Positions 20,434 to 31,988 are shown, counted from the stretch's first letter. The stretch: 64,000 nt of DNA from an uncultured Verrucomicrobiae bacterium (GCA_963782115.1 CAWAIK010000003.1:256001-320000); one strand, 5' to 3'. Notes: generated from the sequence alone by a model not told the origin. Translations and numbers: made by a program.

Positions 20434-21921
20434 CTAGTTTGACTTTGTAATTTTTAAATTGACGTTTTCCCGAATTTTTGCTGACTTGACTCTCAGCTCT
20501 AATGGAGAAGCAATTCTAAATCCGAAGAACATAGTGAAATCAAGAAGAGCCCCCTGAGAGGGGTGGCAGATCGATTTCTAAGTTTTGTGATGAGTTACGC
20601 CGAGCATTTTATAAGTTATCGGCGGGATGTGTCTGAGAAGGCTAGGCAGTATGCTTCCGGCTTGATGCAGGCAGGCTCGCGTAAAAATATCTACGCGATT
20701 TCAGAGGTAGTGCCGGACACCGACGAACGAAATCTGCAGCAGTTTATCACTCACTCTAAATGGAGCACGCGTGAAGTGCTTGATCATGTGGCACGCGATG
20801 CAGATGAGTTGATCGGGGATACAACGGACGCCGCGCTGATTATCGACGAGAGTGGGTTTGCCAAACAAGGCAAGATGTCTGTCGGCGCCAGTCGTCAATA
20901 CCTAGGGCGATTGGGTAAGGTCGATAATGGGCAGGTGGCAGTCTTCGGAGTTTTGGCCAAGGGACGTTTTGCCACAGCCATTGATACTCGGCTCTACTTG
21001 CCCAAAGAATGGACCGATGATCCGCAGCGATGCAACCGGGCTGGCATCCCGGAAAGCGAACAGGTCTTTAAGACCAAAAACCAACTGGCTCTGGAAATCG
21101 TTGAGCAGGCCCGTCGCAACGGAGTGCGCTTTGGCTGGGTTGGAGCCGATGCGGGCTATGGCAGCGGTCCGGATTTTCTCTTTGCTTTGGAGGATGGCGG
21201 CCACAACTTCCTGGTCGACGTTCACAAGAGCTTCATGGTCTACGAGATTGATCCGCAGCCCGCCATTCCACCAGAGCCTTCAAGTAAGGGGCCCAAAGCA
21301 AGGCGCAAGATTACCGGAAAGAAGGGTCTGAGCGTCGAGGAGTTGGTGGAATCATACTCCCTGAAAGATTGGAAGATTTGCAATGTCAGAGAAACTACTC
21401 GGGGCTCGCTCAAACTTCGGGTGTTACGTAAGAGCGTAGATGTGTGGGACAAGCAGAGCGAGCAGGCGCGTCGCTATGAACTCTTGGTCACCGAGAACAT
21501 GGACGGAGAAGATCGGAAGTATTCATTGACCAACCTAAATCCGTCGACCTCGACGCGGCGTCTAAGCTGGATGCAGAGACAACGCTATTGGGTAGAACGG
21601 TGCTTTGAGGATGGCAAGGGTCAGTGCGGCATGGCGGACTACCAGGTGCGCCTTTGGAATGCGTGGCACCATCATATGGCACTGGTGATGATGGCAATGC
21701 TCTTCATGCTGACCGAAAAACTCCAGATGAAAGACCAATGCCCTTTGCTAAGTTGCGCGGACATCGAGAAGTTGCTAGCGGCATTCCTACCGCGAAAGGA
21801 CGCGAGACCAGAGCAAGTCTATAGTCATATGAAGCGTCGCCACGAAATGCGAAGACGAGCGATCGAGTCTCACGCCAAATGCAATGCGCAGCGGCGATCT
21901 AAAGTAACGTAGTCAAACTAG
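20434..21921 (+). mobile_element. IS701-family insertion sequence, apparently intact
   Basis: Ends ctagtttgact...agtcaaactag, with CTAG on both sides. Confidence 0.9.
20563..21912 (+). CDS. IS701-family DDE transposase
   Basis: LIIDESGFAKQG, RQYLGRLGKVDNGQ, ADAGYG, RYWVERCFEDGK, DYQVR.W.AWHHH. Confidence 0.95.
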   Translation: MADRFLSFVMSYAEHFISYRRDVSEKARQYASGLMQAGSRKNIYAISEVVPDTDERNLQQFITHSKWSTREVLDHVARDADELIGDTTDAALIIDESGFAKQGKMSVGASRQYLGRLGKVDNGQVAVFGVLAKGRFATAIDTRLYLPKEWTDDPQRCNRAGIPESEQVFKTKNQLALEIVEQARRNGVRFGWVGADAGYGSGPDFLFALEDGGHNFLVDVHKSFMVYEIDPQPAIPPEPSSKGPKARRKITGKKGLSVEELVESYSLKDWKICNVRETTRGSLKLRVLRKSVDVWDKQSEQARRYELLVTENMDGEDRKYSLTNLNPSTSTRRLSWMQRQRYWVERCFEDGKGQCGMADYQVRLWNAWHHHMALVMMAMLFMLTEKLQMKDQCPLLSCADIEKLLAAFLPRKDARPEQVYSHMKRRHEMRRRAIESHAKCNAQRRSKVT

Positions 21922-22014
21922 ATCCAGTGAGCGTATCGACATGTTCGAAGGATGTGTCGCGGTGTACCACGCACATCCAATTCCCTGTCGACGCAGAGAT
22001 AATAGCGTTCTTCA

Positions 22015-22319
22015 GGGATCGCGAGCAATACGGCCGCGCCTGCCAACCAAAGATTCATGATACAGAGGAGCTTCCGCCGGTTAACCATGTCCGCCAAAGC
22101 CCCGGCCGGCAGAGTAAAGAGGAAGAAGGGCACGGATGCGACGGTTGAGATCAGAGACAGTAACAATGTCGAGGAACCGAGCATGTTCATCGTCCAGGTG
22201 GCTGCCGTGTCCTGGGCCGCTACGCACGTACCGGAAAGCAAAATGGCCAACCAGAGTTTCCGATACACCGGATTCCGCAGTGCCGCGAAAGTCGAGGTTT
22301 TATTGAGATGAACATTCAT
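22015..22319 (-). pseudogene. N-terminal stub of an MFS transporter
   Basis: FAALRNPVYRKLW...LPAGALADMVNRRKL (motif A-like), truncated after TM3. Confidence 0.8.
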
Positions 22320-22595
22320 AAGTGTTGTAGAGGGCGCAACGGAGTATCCGGATCCCCAGCAGAGGCGTTCCGGGATGGCGTGACCTTCTGGGTAGACGGG
22401 CAGGGCTGCAACCGAGAAGATTCAGTTCCGGCATTGTGAAGCTCCCGGTCAATCTCCTCGCGAGCTTTCCTGAACTCATTCATGCTCTGCCCAAGGCTGC
22501 GCGCCAAGTCAGGCAACTTTTTCGCCCCGAAGAGAACAAGAACGATGAGGAGGATGATAAATAGATCCGGGCCAGCTGGATTCCCAATCCATGCA
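22316..22595 (-). pseudogene. tatA: TatA/E-family gene lacking its own start
   Basis: GPDLFIILLIVLVLFGAKKLPDLARSLGQSMNEFRKA. Confidence 0.8.
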
Positions 22596-22614
22596 GTCTG
22601 CGTTGGTAAACGAG

Positions 22615-22927
22615 TGCTGCTAACCTCCCGACCGTTGAGATAATCCAAACGGCCTGCCGTCAAACGGAAGCCTCGCTCGGCAAAATCGTGGACAGGTGGC
22701 GAGAATTTCAGCTTTCCGTCGAACCAGGGTTTGACCGTATGCTGATCGGTCGACGGGACATCGAGAAGATGAGTGGCCAGCAAGGAGTGAACGTGACTGG
22801 AGATCACGTCCTGTGCGAGTGCGTTGCCATGGGAGCGATGAAAAACTCCCCCTTGATTCAGGAAAACCAGCCCGAGTATGACGGCAATCGTTGCTGCCAA
22901 CGCTAACGGAATAGAGAACGAGGGCAT
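22615..22927 (-). pseudogene. Internal fragment of a transmembrane anti-sigma factor
   Basis: TM followed by SHVHSL...STDQHTVKPWFDGKLKFSPPV.D....GF.L.AGRLDY. Confidence 0.75.
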
Positions 22928-23407
22928 GACAAATCTGCTGCTGGATCGTTGCTATCCTACGATAAAACATACCGGCTTTCGTTGAAGTTTATTCCCCAAC
23001 CTCGCTTTCGGGTGCGGCAGGAATAATTTGTGATCTCCGTTGGCATGTACCTGATAAGGGGTGCGTTACGGCACGGCCAATCCCAATCAACCAGAGTACA
23101 AACCATTATGGCGGACTTCATCGAAGCGAAAGAGTTCCGAGCTGGAGGAGAGCGGTTGGAATCAACCCCACGGAGCCCCGCATCTAACGATCTTGTGGCA
23201 GTTGAGTAAATCGGGAAACATCCTAACAACAACGTGACGATCGCGAATAATGCAAACTCTATACAATGTACTTACTTAGTTTGTTCACCATTTGATGTGC
23301 AGACCGAGAGGAGAAGACGGCGGAATGTTTTTGACGTACATAATCCTCCTCGAATTCAAAAGAGGACCTAACCGAAAGCGCAAAGTGAATTATGATCAAA
23401 CGTTGTA

Positions 23408-24508
23408 TATGAATCGTTGCGTAAGTGTGAGCAGTTAGTGCCTATCCCAGAACGTAGGAAGTGAATTCCATCTGGAAGAACGAGCGGATGAGATCACTCT
23501 GCTTTTGGATCGAGCGTAAGATGGCAAGCATGCTGCTTTTCAGAGTTGCTTTGCTGTCGATGAATAACTTTGCCAGTCGCCCTTTAGCATGATTCCAGAC
23601 CTGTTCATCTGGATTGAATTCCGGGGCATAGCGCGGAAGATAAGCCAGCGTGACTGCTCCCTGGCTCTTTTCGGCAAAAGCCTGGACCGTCCCAGAGGTG
23701 TGATAGGCAGCGTTATCGGCAATGACGATGATGGGACAACCGGCATCGGCCAGCAACTTCTTCACGAAGGCAATGAACTTGCCAGAGTTCATCTTGTCTT
23801 GGATAACGCTAAAGCGCATGTCTCCACGGGGACTGACTGCGGAGATCAGTTTCAGGGTGAAACGATCTCCGCTGTCTTCGACCACCGGCGTCTGTCCGAT
23901 AGGTGCCCAGGTCCTCCCACGATGGTGATCACTGCGCACCGCCGATTCATCGACGAAGTAAATCTCCGCCCCCGTGCGCTGCGCCAGAGCCCGCAACTCT
24001 GGAAAGGTCTTATTGAGGTAACGCTCCAATTCCTGCGGATCCTGCTTATAGGAACGATAGATTGGCCGCTGCGGGGTCAAGCCCATGTACTGCAGAAGGC
24101 GACAAACCGCACTTTTACTCAATTCCACTCCCTTCTCTTTCTTCAACACTGTTCGAACGATGTTGAGCGTCCACAGACAGAAAACCAACTGAAACTGCCT
24201 TGGATCTCCCAATGTGATAGCCTCATAGAGCCACTGCATTGTTTCGGCACTAACCTTTCTAGGTCGCCCACTGCGTCGACCCTCTTCTAAGGCGTGCCAG
24301 CCTCCAGCACGGTATCTGGCAAGCCAACCAAAGATAGTTCGCTGTGGCACTGCATATACTCTGGCTACCACACTTACTGGTTCACCTCGCATGACAGCCT
24401 CTACTGCATCCTTGCGTTTCTCATACTTAGCTGCTGCCTTTCCTACATCCATGCTCCTGACTAACATAACCTAACGTTATAACGCTAGCACTTTCGCAAT
24501 AATTAATA
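23408..24508 (-). mobile_element. IS630-family insertion sequence, apparently intact
   Basis: Imperfect IRs (16/20): tatgaatcgttgcgtaagtg vs tattaattattgcgaaagtg, both starting TA. Confidence 0.8.
23442..24467 (-). CDS. IS630-family transposase
   Basis: N-terminal HTH, YFVDES, ADNAAYH, LPRYAPEFNPDEQVW. Confidence 0.95.
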   Translation of the reverse strand: MLVRSMDVGKAAAKYEKRKDAVEAVMRGEPVSVVARVYAVPQRTIFGWLARYRAGGWHALEEGRRSGRPRKVSAETMQWLYEAITLGDPRQFQLVFCLWTLNIVRTVLKKEKGVELSKSAVCRLLQYMGLTPQRPIYRSYKQDPQELERYLNKTFPELRALAQRTGAEIYFVDESAVRSDHHRGRTWAPIGQTPVVEDSGDRFTLKLISAVSPRGDMRFSVIQDKMNSGKFIAFVKKLLADAGCPIIVIADNAAYHTSGTVQAFAEKSQGAVTLAYLPRYAPEFNPDEQVWNHAKGRLAKLFIDSKATLKSSMLAILRSIQKQSDLIRSFFQMEFTSYVLG

Positions 24509-25221
24509 CTTCACATCTTGGAGCACGAAACCCGGAACCGTTCCAGCTGTTGCTTTAGCCTTGGCTATCGCTCCCACTAACAGCAGTAGCTGGCAAAGAC
24601 ACGACCTCACCGAACCTACAAAGCGAGTGACAAAAATACTGTTTACGGAGCCCATGGCAGATACGATGACCGTGGTGACGAAGGACCGCGAGCCCGACTC
24701 CGAGGGAGAGGAGCCCGTCTTTGGTCTACGATTTAGCTGCAATCGACACTCCGCGGGGATTAAACCTTTTCTCTCGTTAAACTGAGAAGGGAGTTATGAA
24801 CTCCAGAATGCTTGCTGGAGTGTTCGACAAAACAAAATGAACGAATCACGCTTAGATGAAGATCTCAAAGCTCTTTTTAAACCTCCGCGGCCGAATCTGC
24901 CGACCGACTTTAATGCAACGGTTTGGTCCAAGGTCCGGAGGCGAGAACTACTGACACCATCCGGTTTACTCGCGAAAAAAACCCTTCCCATCCGCAGTCA
25001 ACCGCGCGAAGTGGGATGATTTAGGGGTCACCTCGCTGCGCCCCGTTCAAGCGATTGAGTTAGGGCTCTGGGAGAGGTCCTATCTCTCGACACTGCTGGA
25101 TATTGCCACGGTTATCTAGCTGACATGGCGCGCATGTCGGTCATGGGAAAGGCGACTCCACTTATGCGCGAACTTTTCAATGAAATACGGTTCGTCCAGG
25201 ATCAAACGCGCGTTTCAATTG

Positions 25222-25407
25222 TTCGGCTTCTCGATGGTGGCGTCGTATTTGCTCTCCAGCACCTTTGTGCCCATCTTGTCGGTCTGGATGCTGCGCGTGG
25301 CGAGCACGCAAGGCCAGCCGAAAGAGACGTTTTTTGACCGGCTGCGTGGCAAGTACGACCTGTTGGCGCACTTCATCATGAAACGACGGCGGCCGGGACC
25401 CGATTAA
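25222..25407 (+). pseudogene. Internal fragment of an RND efflux permease
   Basis: GFSMVASYLLSSTFVPILSVWMLR...FFDRLRGKY. Confidence 0.65.
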
Positions 25408-25499
25408 AAAATGGTAGAGGTCTCGCGCGACGATTCAGGATGTGCTTTTGGGCCCGGCGCCTCTCCGGAGTTAGCGGCTTTGTTCCATTCTTCCGAGGT

Positions 25500-26618
25500 T
25501 CACACCGTGAGCCCACGTTCTACCAACTCGCGCGCTGCGACTGAAGAGTGATCTTCCGCTGACTGAGTTGAAAGCCACTGAACAAGCTCCGATAGTCCGT
25601 GCTCGAGCCCATAGACAGGTTTATACCCAAGAATCTCCCGCGTTTTGGAAATATCGGCAAAACAGTTTCTGATATCGCCAGTCCGATATTTGCCGGTGAT
25701 CTGCGGCTCGATATTCGGCTTGCCCAGTGCTACCGCCAGCTTCTCCGCAACCTCCAGAATCGTTGAAGCCCGGCCACTACCAACATTGAACACATGTCCG
25801 CCGGCGTCCGAAATCGAAAGAGCAAGTCCGCAGGCTCGAACGAGGTCTTTGATGTAAACAAAATCCCGGCGCTGCAGGCCGTCTTCGTTAATTAACGGCG
25901 GCCGGTCATTCAGCAGGCGAGAAGCAAAAATCGCCAGCACTCCAGTGTAGGGATTCGACAGCGACTGTCGTGTTCCGAAGACATTAAAAAAGCGTAGAGC
26001 AGTGCACGGAATACCATACGCAGGAGCCACATTCATACAGAGTCGCTCTTGATAGTATTTCGACAAGGCATAGACGGATGGTAGAGCCGGGATCTTTGTT
26101 TCCGGAGTTGGGATTGCCAGCAACTTTTCCTCGTCATCGCCGTAGAGATCCCATTGGCGCGATCGAAGCTGAGAGGGACTGCGTACGGCGTTCTCGACGG
26201 TTTCACCTGAGCCGGTCTTATACAATCCTTCTCCATAAACGCTCATACTCGAGGCGACGACCAGGCGCTCGACCGGTTGCCGCGCCAACGCTTCAAGGAG
26301 CACCGCTGTCCCGAGGGCGTTCACGTCCGAATAATGATGAATTTGGTACATACTCTGGCCGACGCCGACGGTGGCGGCCAGATGGATCACCGCGGAGACA
26401 CTCTTCACTGCTCGTTGCACCGCGTCTGCGTCACGAATGTCGCCGCGCATGAATTCTGCCGCCCGCGAGAGGTAGGATGGCTGCCGCGCGCGGTCGCCGT
26501 GCACCTGCGGGACTAACATGTCCAGAACGCGAACTCTGTAACCCTGCGCCAGCAGATGATCTGTCAGATGAGAACCAATAAAGCCGGCGCCGCTGGTGAT
26601 CAAAACTGTAGAATTCAT
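25500..26618 (-). CDS. NAD-dependent nucleotide-sugar epimerase/dehydratase (extended SDR)
   Basis: ITSGAGFIG, HLAA.VGVGQS, ASSMSVYG, YALSK (YxxxK), RDFV. Confidence 0.9.
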   Translation of the reverse strand: MNSTVLITSGAGFIGSHLTDHLLAQGYRVRVLDMLVPQVHGDRARQPSYLSRAAEFMRGDIRDADAVQRAVKSVSAVIHLAATVGVGQSMYQIHHYSDVNALGTAVLLEALARQPVERLVVASSMSVYGEGLYKTGSGETVENAVRSPSQLRSRQWDLYGDDEEKLLAIPTPETKIPALPSVYALSKYYQERLCMNVAPAYGIPCTALRFFNVFGTRQSLSNPYTGVLAIFASRLLNDRPPLINEDGLQRRDFVYIKDLVRACGLALSISDAGGHVFNVGSGRASTILEVAEKLAVALGKPNIEPQITGKYRTGDIRNCFADISKTREILGYKPVYGLEHGLSELVQWLSTQSAEDHSSVAARELVERGLTV

Positions 26619-27094
26619 AAATGTGGTGTGGGCTGGTCGAGCCCGGGACGCCTGAGTTCGCAGTTTAGTTGCGCATCGTATGTCAGGGAAACGCCTGAGC
26701 GCTTGCTAAGGCTATATATCGCTGCACGACATGTTTGCCAGCTTAGAAAAACCGTGTTGGCTGGCAGATGTAGATGGAACGGACTGAGCTCCGCGAATCG
26801 CCTAGTTTCCTAGGAGATTTTGTTGGTTTCGCCATTTTACCTGTGAAAAGCGCCATGGAGCGATCAGGTGGCGCCCTGAAAAAACAATCAGGGCGAGTCC
26901 GCAATTTCCATCCTCGGATGCAGTTTTAGCGGGCAGTCCTGGTTGGCGCGCACTCTGCTCGGCAGCCAGTTAAGGAAGTTTTTGGGTTTCGCCGAGCCAG
27001 CCCGAGATTCTGGTTTGACAGTCGCCAATTGAAATCGCACACAGTTCAATGATGAATGCGAATCTAAAATCGCAGTAATCGGAATTGTTGTTGC

Positions 27095-27751
27095 ATGGCA
27101 CAACTGTTTAAAAACCGTGCGAACGCAATCGCCAGGGTAATCATCTTTGGCTGCCCGGCTTTGTTCCTCACTATTTGCGCAGTCCTGCTCGCTTTCGGAC
27201 GGTCCGATTTTTGGACGCGCGTCGATGACCCACTTAATCAGCCGGTTCCATTCAGCCATAAGCATCATGTGGACGGGCTGGGTATCGACTGTCGTTACTG
27301 TCACACCTCGGTCGAACAATCATCGTTTGCAGGTTTGCCGTCGACGGAAACCTGTATGACATGCCATTCACAGATTTGGAAAGATGCACCGGTATTAGAG
27401 CCGGTGCGTGCCAGTTTCCAAACCGGACGGCCGATTCAGTGGACACGCGTTTATGATCTGCCGGATTATGTCTATTTCGATCATAGTATTCATGTGAATA
27501 AAGGCATCAGCTGCGCGGCTTGCCATGGCCGCGTTGATGAAATGCCGATCACCTGGAAGACGCAGCCACTTTACATGCGATGGTGCCTCGATTGCCATCG
27601 CCATCCGGAAGAAAATCTGCGCCCGCCTCAAGAGGTATTCGATATGCAGTACCAGGCGCCCGAGAACCAATCCACCTTGGGCCGCCAGCTTGCGATTGAA
27701 AACCATGTCCATCAGCAAGGACTGACAGACTGCTACACCTGCCATCGATGA
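27095..27751 (+). CDS. actA: Alternative complex III pentaheme cytochrome c
   Basis: One TM and five CxxCH motifs (CRYCH, CMTCH, CAACH, CLDCH, CYTCH). Confidence 0.92.
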   Translation: MAQLFKNRANAIARVIIFGCPALFLTICAVLLAFGRSDFWTRVDDPLNQPVPFSHKHHVDGLGIDCRYCHTSVEQSSFAGLPSTETCMTCHSQIWKDAPVLEPVRASFQTGRPIQWTRVYDLPDYVYFDHSIHVNKGISCAACHGRVDEMPITWKTQPLYMRWCLDCHRHPEENLRPPQEVFDMQYQAPENQSTLGRQLAIENHVHQQGLTDCYTCHR

Positions 27752-30636
27752 TGAGCCCTAGGCCACAAATCACCGAACCTGGGCATTGGCGTAGTCTCCA
27801 AGAGCTTGCTGGAAGCGAAGAGTTTGAGAACGTTGTGCATCGCGAATTCCAGAGCGGGGCGTCCGAATGGCAAGACCCGCTAAGTCGCCGCAAGTTTTTG
27901 AAGTTGATGAGCGCGTCGATTGCGCTAGCCGGTGTAGGCGCTTGCACGCGGCAGCCGACAGAAAGGATCGTGCCTTACGTTCGTCAACCCGAAGAGCTAA
28001 TTCCAGGCCAGCCGCTTTTTTTTGCCACAGCACTGACGCGCGCTGGCTATGCGCGCGGCGTGCTCGTGGAAACGCATGAAGGCAGGCCAACCAAAATCGA
28101 AGGCAATCCTGAACATCCGGCAAGTCTTGGCGCGAGTGACGTTTTCATGCAGGCAGAAATTCTGGTCCTTTATGATCCGGACCGCTCCCAAGCAGTAGTT
28201 GAAAATGGACAGATCAGTACGTGGGATTCTTTGCTGGGCTATCTTACTGTTCGCACACAGAAATGGAAAACTGATCGCGGCGCCGGGCTTCGTTTGCTGA
28301 CGCGACACGAAACGTCGCTAACTTTTGTCGACCAGATGCAACGTCTGCTGTCGAAGTATCCGGCTGCGAAATGGCATCAGTACGAGCCGGTTGCGGCACA
28401 TGGTTCAAGCGCAACTTATCACCTTGACAAAGCAGAAGTCATTTTCTCGATTGGCGGCGATTTTCTTTCCTGCGGGCCGGCAAACTTGAAATATCAGCGG
28501 GATTTCGCTACGTCGCGGCGTGCCACGAAGCGGCCGGGGTCGATGAACCGCTTGTACGTTGCCGAAAGCGCGCTGAGCCTCACCGGCGCGATGGCCGATC
28601 ATCGCGTCGCGTTAAGCCCGGGTCGGATCGCTCTTCTGGTCCGCGATATCCAGACCAGGCTAGGATCAAACGAAACCACTTCTTCGGTTGAGCAGACGAA
28701 GTTCGTCTCAGCACTCGTTGCTGATCTTCAGCAACACACCGGCAAGAGCCTGGTGATTGCCGGCGAACACGAAACACCCGCAATTCAAGAATTCGCGCGC
28801 TGGTGCAACGAACTTCTCCGAAACGTGAACCAGACAGTAGAATATTCGGCGCCTGAGACGGTGCGTCCGGGCTTGGCGGAGCTTGTGAACGACATCAACG
28901 GCGGGAGCGTTGAAACACTCCTGATCATCGGTGGGAACCCTGTCTACGACGCTCCGGCCGATCTCGAATTTGCGAAGACTTTGGGCAAAGTTCCCACTTC
29001 AATTCATATTGGCCTGTATGCCAACGAAACCGCTGAGCGTTGTCAATGGCACATCCCGGAAGCGCACGCACTAGAGAGTTGGAGTGATGCGTGTGCGTTT
29101 GACGGCACGGCGACAATCATGCAGCCGCTCATCGAGCCGCTTTTCGCTGGAAGATCGCGACATCAATTGCTCGCGGCTCTTCTGGAAGACGCGGTGAGCG
29201 ACAGCTATGATATCGTCCGCGCCTACTGGCAAAAGCAGCTTCCCGCGCCGGATTTCGAGAAGCTCTGGCGCAAATCACTGTATGATGGCGTGGTCGTTGG
29301 TTGGCGGGAGCCATTCAAGGGACCCTCTTCTGGCGGCGCCCAAACATCCGCGCCACCAGCTGAAACATCTGGTCTTAACCTTTTGATTCGCGCAGATCCG
29401 CATATAGGTGACGGCATGTTTGCGAACAACGCCTGGCTGCAGGAACTACCCAAACCGCTGACCAAACTGGTCTGGGACAACGCGGCGCTTATTAGTCCCG
29501 CGACGGCCGAACGATTGCAGTTAGCGAGCGAAGATGTGGTGGAACTTAAATACCGAGGCCGATCCGTCCGGGCGCCGGTCTGGGTTCTTCCCGGTCAAGC
29601 AGACGATTGCGTGACAGTCCATCTCGGCCACGGCCGGACGCGCGCGGGCAGCGTTGGCTCGGGCGTCGGGTTCAATGTGAATGCGCTTCGCACCTCTGAC
29701 GCATTGTGGGGCGGCCCGGGGTTGCAAATAGAAAAAACGGGGCGACGGCATACCCTCGTCACAACGCAGCACCATTACATGATGGAGGACCGCCATCTGG
29801 TTCGGGCAGGCACCATGGCCGAGTTCGAGAAGGATCCTACTTCGATCACGCGAACCGACGAGACGACGCCGGCAAAGCCGGACACGCTCTATGGAAATTA
29901 CCGCTACAAAGACCGTGCCTGGGGCATGGCGATCGACTTGAATACCTGCACCGGTTGCAACGCGTGCACAATCGCTTGTCAGGCGGAAAATAATATTCCA
30001 GTTGTCGGAAAAGAGCAGGTTGCCGCCGGACGCGAGATGCACTGGATTCGGGTTGACCGTTATTTCGCCGGAGGAGCCCAAAATCCGGAAGTGTTTCACC
30101 AACCTGTGCCATGCATGCACTGCGAGAACGCGCCGTGTGAACTCGTCTGCCCGGTCGGAGCGACGGTTCATAGCGAGGAGGGACTGAACCAGATGGTTTA
30201 CAACCGCTGCATCGGCACTCGCTATTGCTCAAACAACTGTCCGTATAAAGTCAGACGTTTTAACTTTCTCGAATACGACGCCAACCGGTTCGAGTCGCCC
30301 ACATTGCTTAAGTTAATGCGTAATCCGGATGTCACCGTGCGAAGTCGTGGAGTGATGGAGAAATGTACCTATTGCGTGCAACGGATCAACGCGGTGAAAA
30401 TTGAAGCCGAGAAAGCAAATCGGCCGATTCGCGACGGCGAAATCACTCCCGCTTGCGCTCAGGCGTGTCCGGCGGAGGCGATTATCTTCGGTGATACCAA
30501 TGACCCGAACAGCCGGGTCGCGAAGTTGAAAGCCTCGCCGCTCAATTACGCGCTACTGCAAGAATTGAACACACGCCCCCGAACTACTTATTTGGCGAAG
30601 CTGCGCAATCCAAACCCAGAAGTAGAAAAAGTGTGA
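27748..30636 (+). CDS. actB: Alternative complex III subunit B (molybdopterin-oxidoreductase-like plus Fe-S domains)
   Basis: SRRKFLK twin-arginine motif, GRPTKIEGNPEHP, CTGCNAC, CMHCENAPC, CIGTRYC, EKCTYC. Confidence 0.95.
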   Translation: MMSPRPQITEPGHWRSLQELAGSEEFENVVHREFQSGASEWQDPLSRRKFLKLMSASIALAGVGACTRQPTERIVPYVRQPEELIPGQPLFFATALTRAGYARGVLVETHEGRPTKIEGNPEHPASLGASDVFMQAEILVLYDPDRSQAVVENGQISTWDSLLGYLTVRTQKWKTDRGAGLRLLTRHETSLTFVDQMQRLLSKYPAAKWHQYEPVAAHGSSATYHLDKAEVIFSIGGDFLSCGPANLKYQRDFATSRRATKRPGSMNRLYVAESALSLTGAMADHRVALSPGRIALLVRDIQTRLGSNETTSSVEQTKFVSALVADLQQHTGKSLVIAGEHETPAIQEFARWCNELLRNVNQTVEYSAPETVRPGLAELVNDINGGSVETLLIIGGNPVYDAPADLEFAKTLGKVPTSIHIGLYANETAERCQWHIPEAHALESWSDACAFDGTATIMQPLIEPLFAGRSRHQLLAALLEDAVSDSYDIVRAYWQKQLPAPDFEKLWRKSLYDGVVVGWREPFKGPSSGGAQTSAPPAETSGLNLLIRADPHIGDGMFANNAWLQELPKPLTKLVWDNAALISPATAERLQLASEDVVELKYRGRSVRAPVWVLPGQADDCVTVHLGHGRTRAGSVGSGVGFNVNALRTSDALWGGPGLQIEKTGRRHTLVTTQHHYMMEDRHLVRAGTMAEFEKDPTSITRTDETTPAKPDTLYGNYRYKDRAWGMAIDLNTCTGCNACTIACQAENNIPVVGKEQVAAGREMHWIRVDRYFAGGAQNPEVFHQPVPCMHCENAPCELVCPVGATVHSEEGLNQMVYNRCIGTRYCSNNCPYKVRRFNFLEYDANRFESPTLLKLMRNPDVTVRSRGVMEKCTYCVQRINAVKIEAEKANRPIRDGEITPACAQACPAEAIIFGDTNDPNSRVAKLKASPLNYALLQELNTRPRTTYLAKLRNPNPEVEKV

Positions 30637-31988
30637 GTGTTCCACTCCGAGAGCCAGTCGTAAAGCCGGGATACGACAGCGAGTCGGTCACGCAAAAGAT
30701 CAGTTCGATCGTGCTGGAACGGCCGGTCATGCTCGGCTGGCTTGGCGGATTCGCCATCGCATTTGCCTTGCTTATGATGCTGAACATCGCCATCGGCTGG
30801 CTGTTAATAAAAGGGGTCGGCATCTGGGGAATAAACATCCCGATCGCTTGGGGATTCGCGATCGTGAACTTCGTTTGGTGGATTGGAATTGGTCACGCCG
30901 GAACCTTCATTTCCGCGATTCTGCTTTTGCTGCACCAAGACTGGCGCACCTCCATCAATCGTTTTGCAGAATCGATGACTCTTTTCGCCGTCGCATGTGC
31001 AGGTATGTTTCCTTTGTTACATCTTGGCCGCCCTTGGGTTTTCTACTGGCTTTTGCCATACCCTGACACCATGGGCCTTTGGCCCCAGTGGCGAAGCCCA
31101 CTTGTCTGGGACGTGTTCGCAGTCGGCACGTATCTCACTGTTTCGCTCATCTTCTGGTACGTCGGACTGATCCCTGACCTTGCGACCATGCGCGACCGCG
31201 CGGTTCGCAGGCCAGTGCAATTAATTTACGGGATTATCGCGCTTGGCTGGCGTGGCTCGGCGAGGCACTGGAAGAGATTTCACACGGCTTACCTATTGCT
31301 CGCCGGACTCGCAACCCCGCTGGTGCTCTCGGTGCATAGCGTCGTGTCTCTCGATTTTGCAGTCGCGATCGTTCCCGGCTGGCATTCAACGATCTTCCCT
31401 CCATACTTTGTTGCGGGTGCGATTTTCTCCGGCTTCGCCATGGTGCTGACGCTCGCGGTTCCGATCCGCAAGTTTTACGGTCTGCAAGATTTCATCACGA
31501 CCCGTCATCTTGAAAACTGCGCTAAAATCATGCTGGCCACCGGGCTGATGGTCGCGCATGGCTACATCACTGAAGGCTTCATGTCCTGGTACAGCGACGA
31601 CAAGTTCGATATATATATGAGGCTGAACCGCATGTTCGGCCCATATGCGCATGCCTACTGGCTTCTAGTCCTCTGCAACGTCATCGTCCCACAAGCGATT
31701 TGGTTCAAAAAAATTCGCACGAACCCGGCGATTCTGTTTGTCATCGCGCTATTGGTGAATATCGGGATGTGGACCGAGCGCTACGTTATCGTCATCACAA
31801 GCCTGCACCGTGACTTTCTGCCGTCGTCGTGGGGTATCTTTCATGGGACGCAATGGGATTGGATGACGTTGATTGGATCCTTTGGGCTCTTTCTGTCCCT
31901 GCTCTTTTTATTTCTGCGTGTTTTGCCGGCGATCTCGATCGCGGAAATGCGCACTTTGGTCAGGGAGAAAAAGGAGTCATCGAAATGA
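30633..31988 (+). CDS. actC: Alternative complex III NrfD-like membrane subunit
   Basis: NFVWWIGIGHAGT, HLGRPW, LSVHSVVSLDFA, PGWHSTIFPPYF. Confidence 0.95.
   Translation: MSVPLREPVVKPGYDSESVTQKISSIVLERPVMLGWLGGFAIAFALLMMLNIAIGWLLIKGVGIWGINIPIAWGFAIVNFVWWIGIGHAGTFISAILLLLHQDWRTSINRFAESMTLFAVACAGMFPLLHLGRPWVFYWLLPYPDTMGLWPQWRSPLVWDVFAVGTYLTVSLIFWYVGLIPDLATMRDRAVRRPVQLIYGIIALGWRGSARHWKRFHTAYLLLAGLATPLVLSVHSVVSLDFAVAIVPGWHSTIFPPYFVAGAIFSGFAMVLTLAVPIRKFYGLQDFITTRHLENCAKIMLATGLMVAHGYITEGFMSWYSDDKFDIYMRLNRMFGPYAHAYWLLVLCNVIVPQAIWFKKIRTNPAILFVIALLVNIGMWTERYVIVITSLHRDFLPSSWGIFHGTQWDWMTLIGSFGLFLSLLFLFLRVLPAISIAEMRTLVREKKESSK

Noticed and set aside
26590..26600. Gly-to-Ser change in the epimerase TGGAGFIG motif
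   Set aside because: A single substitution in an otherwise intact gene; its effect cannot be judged from sequence.
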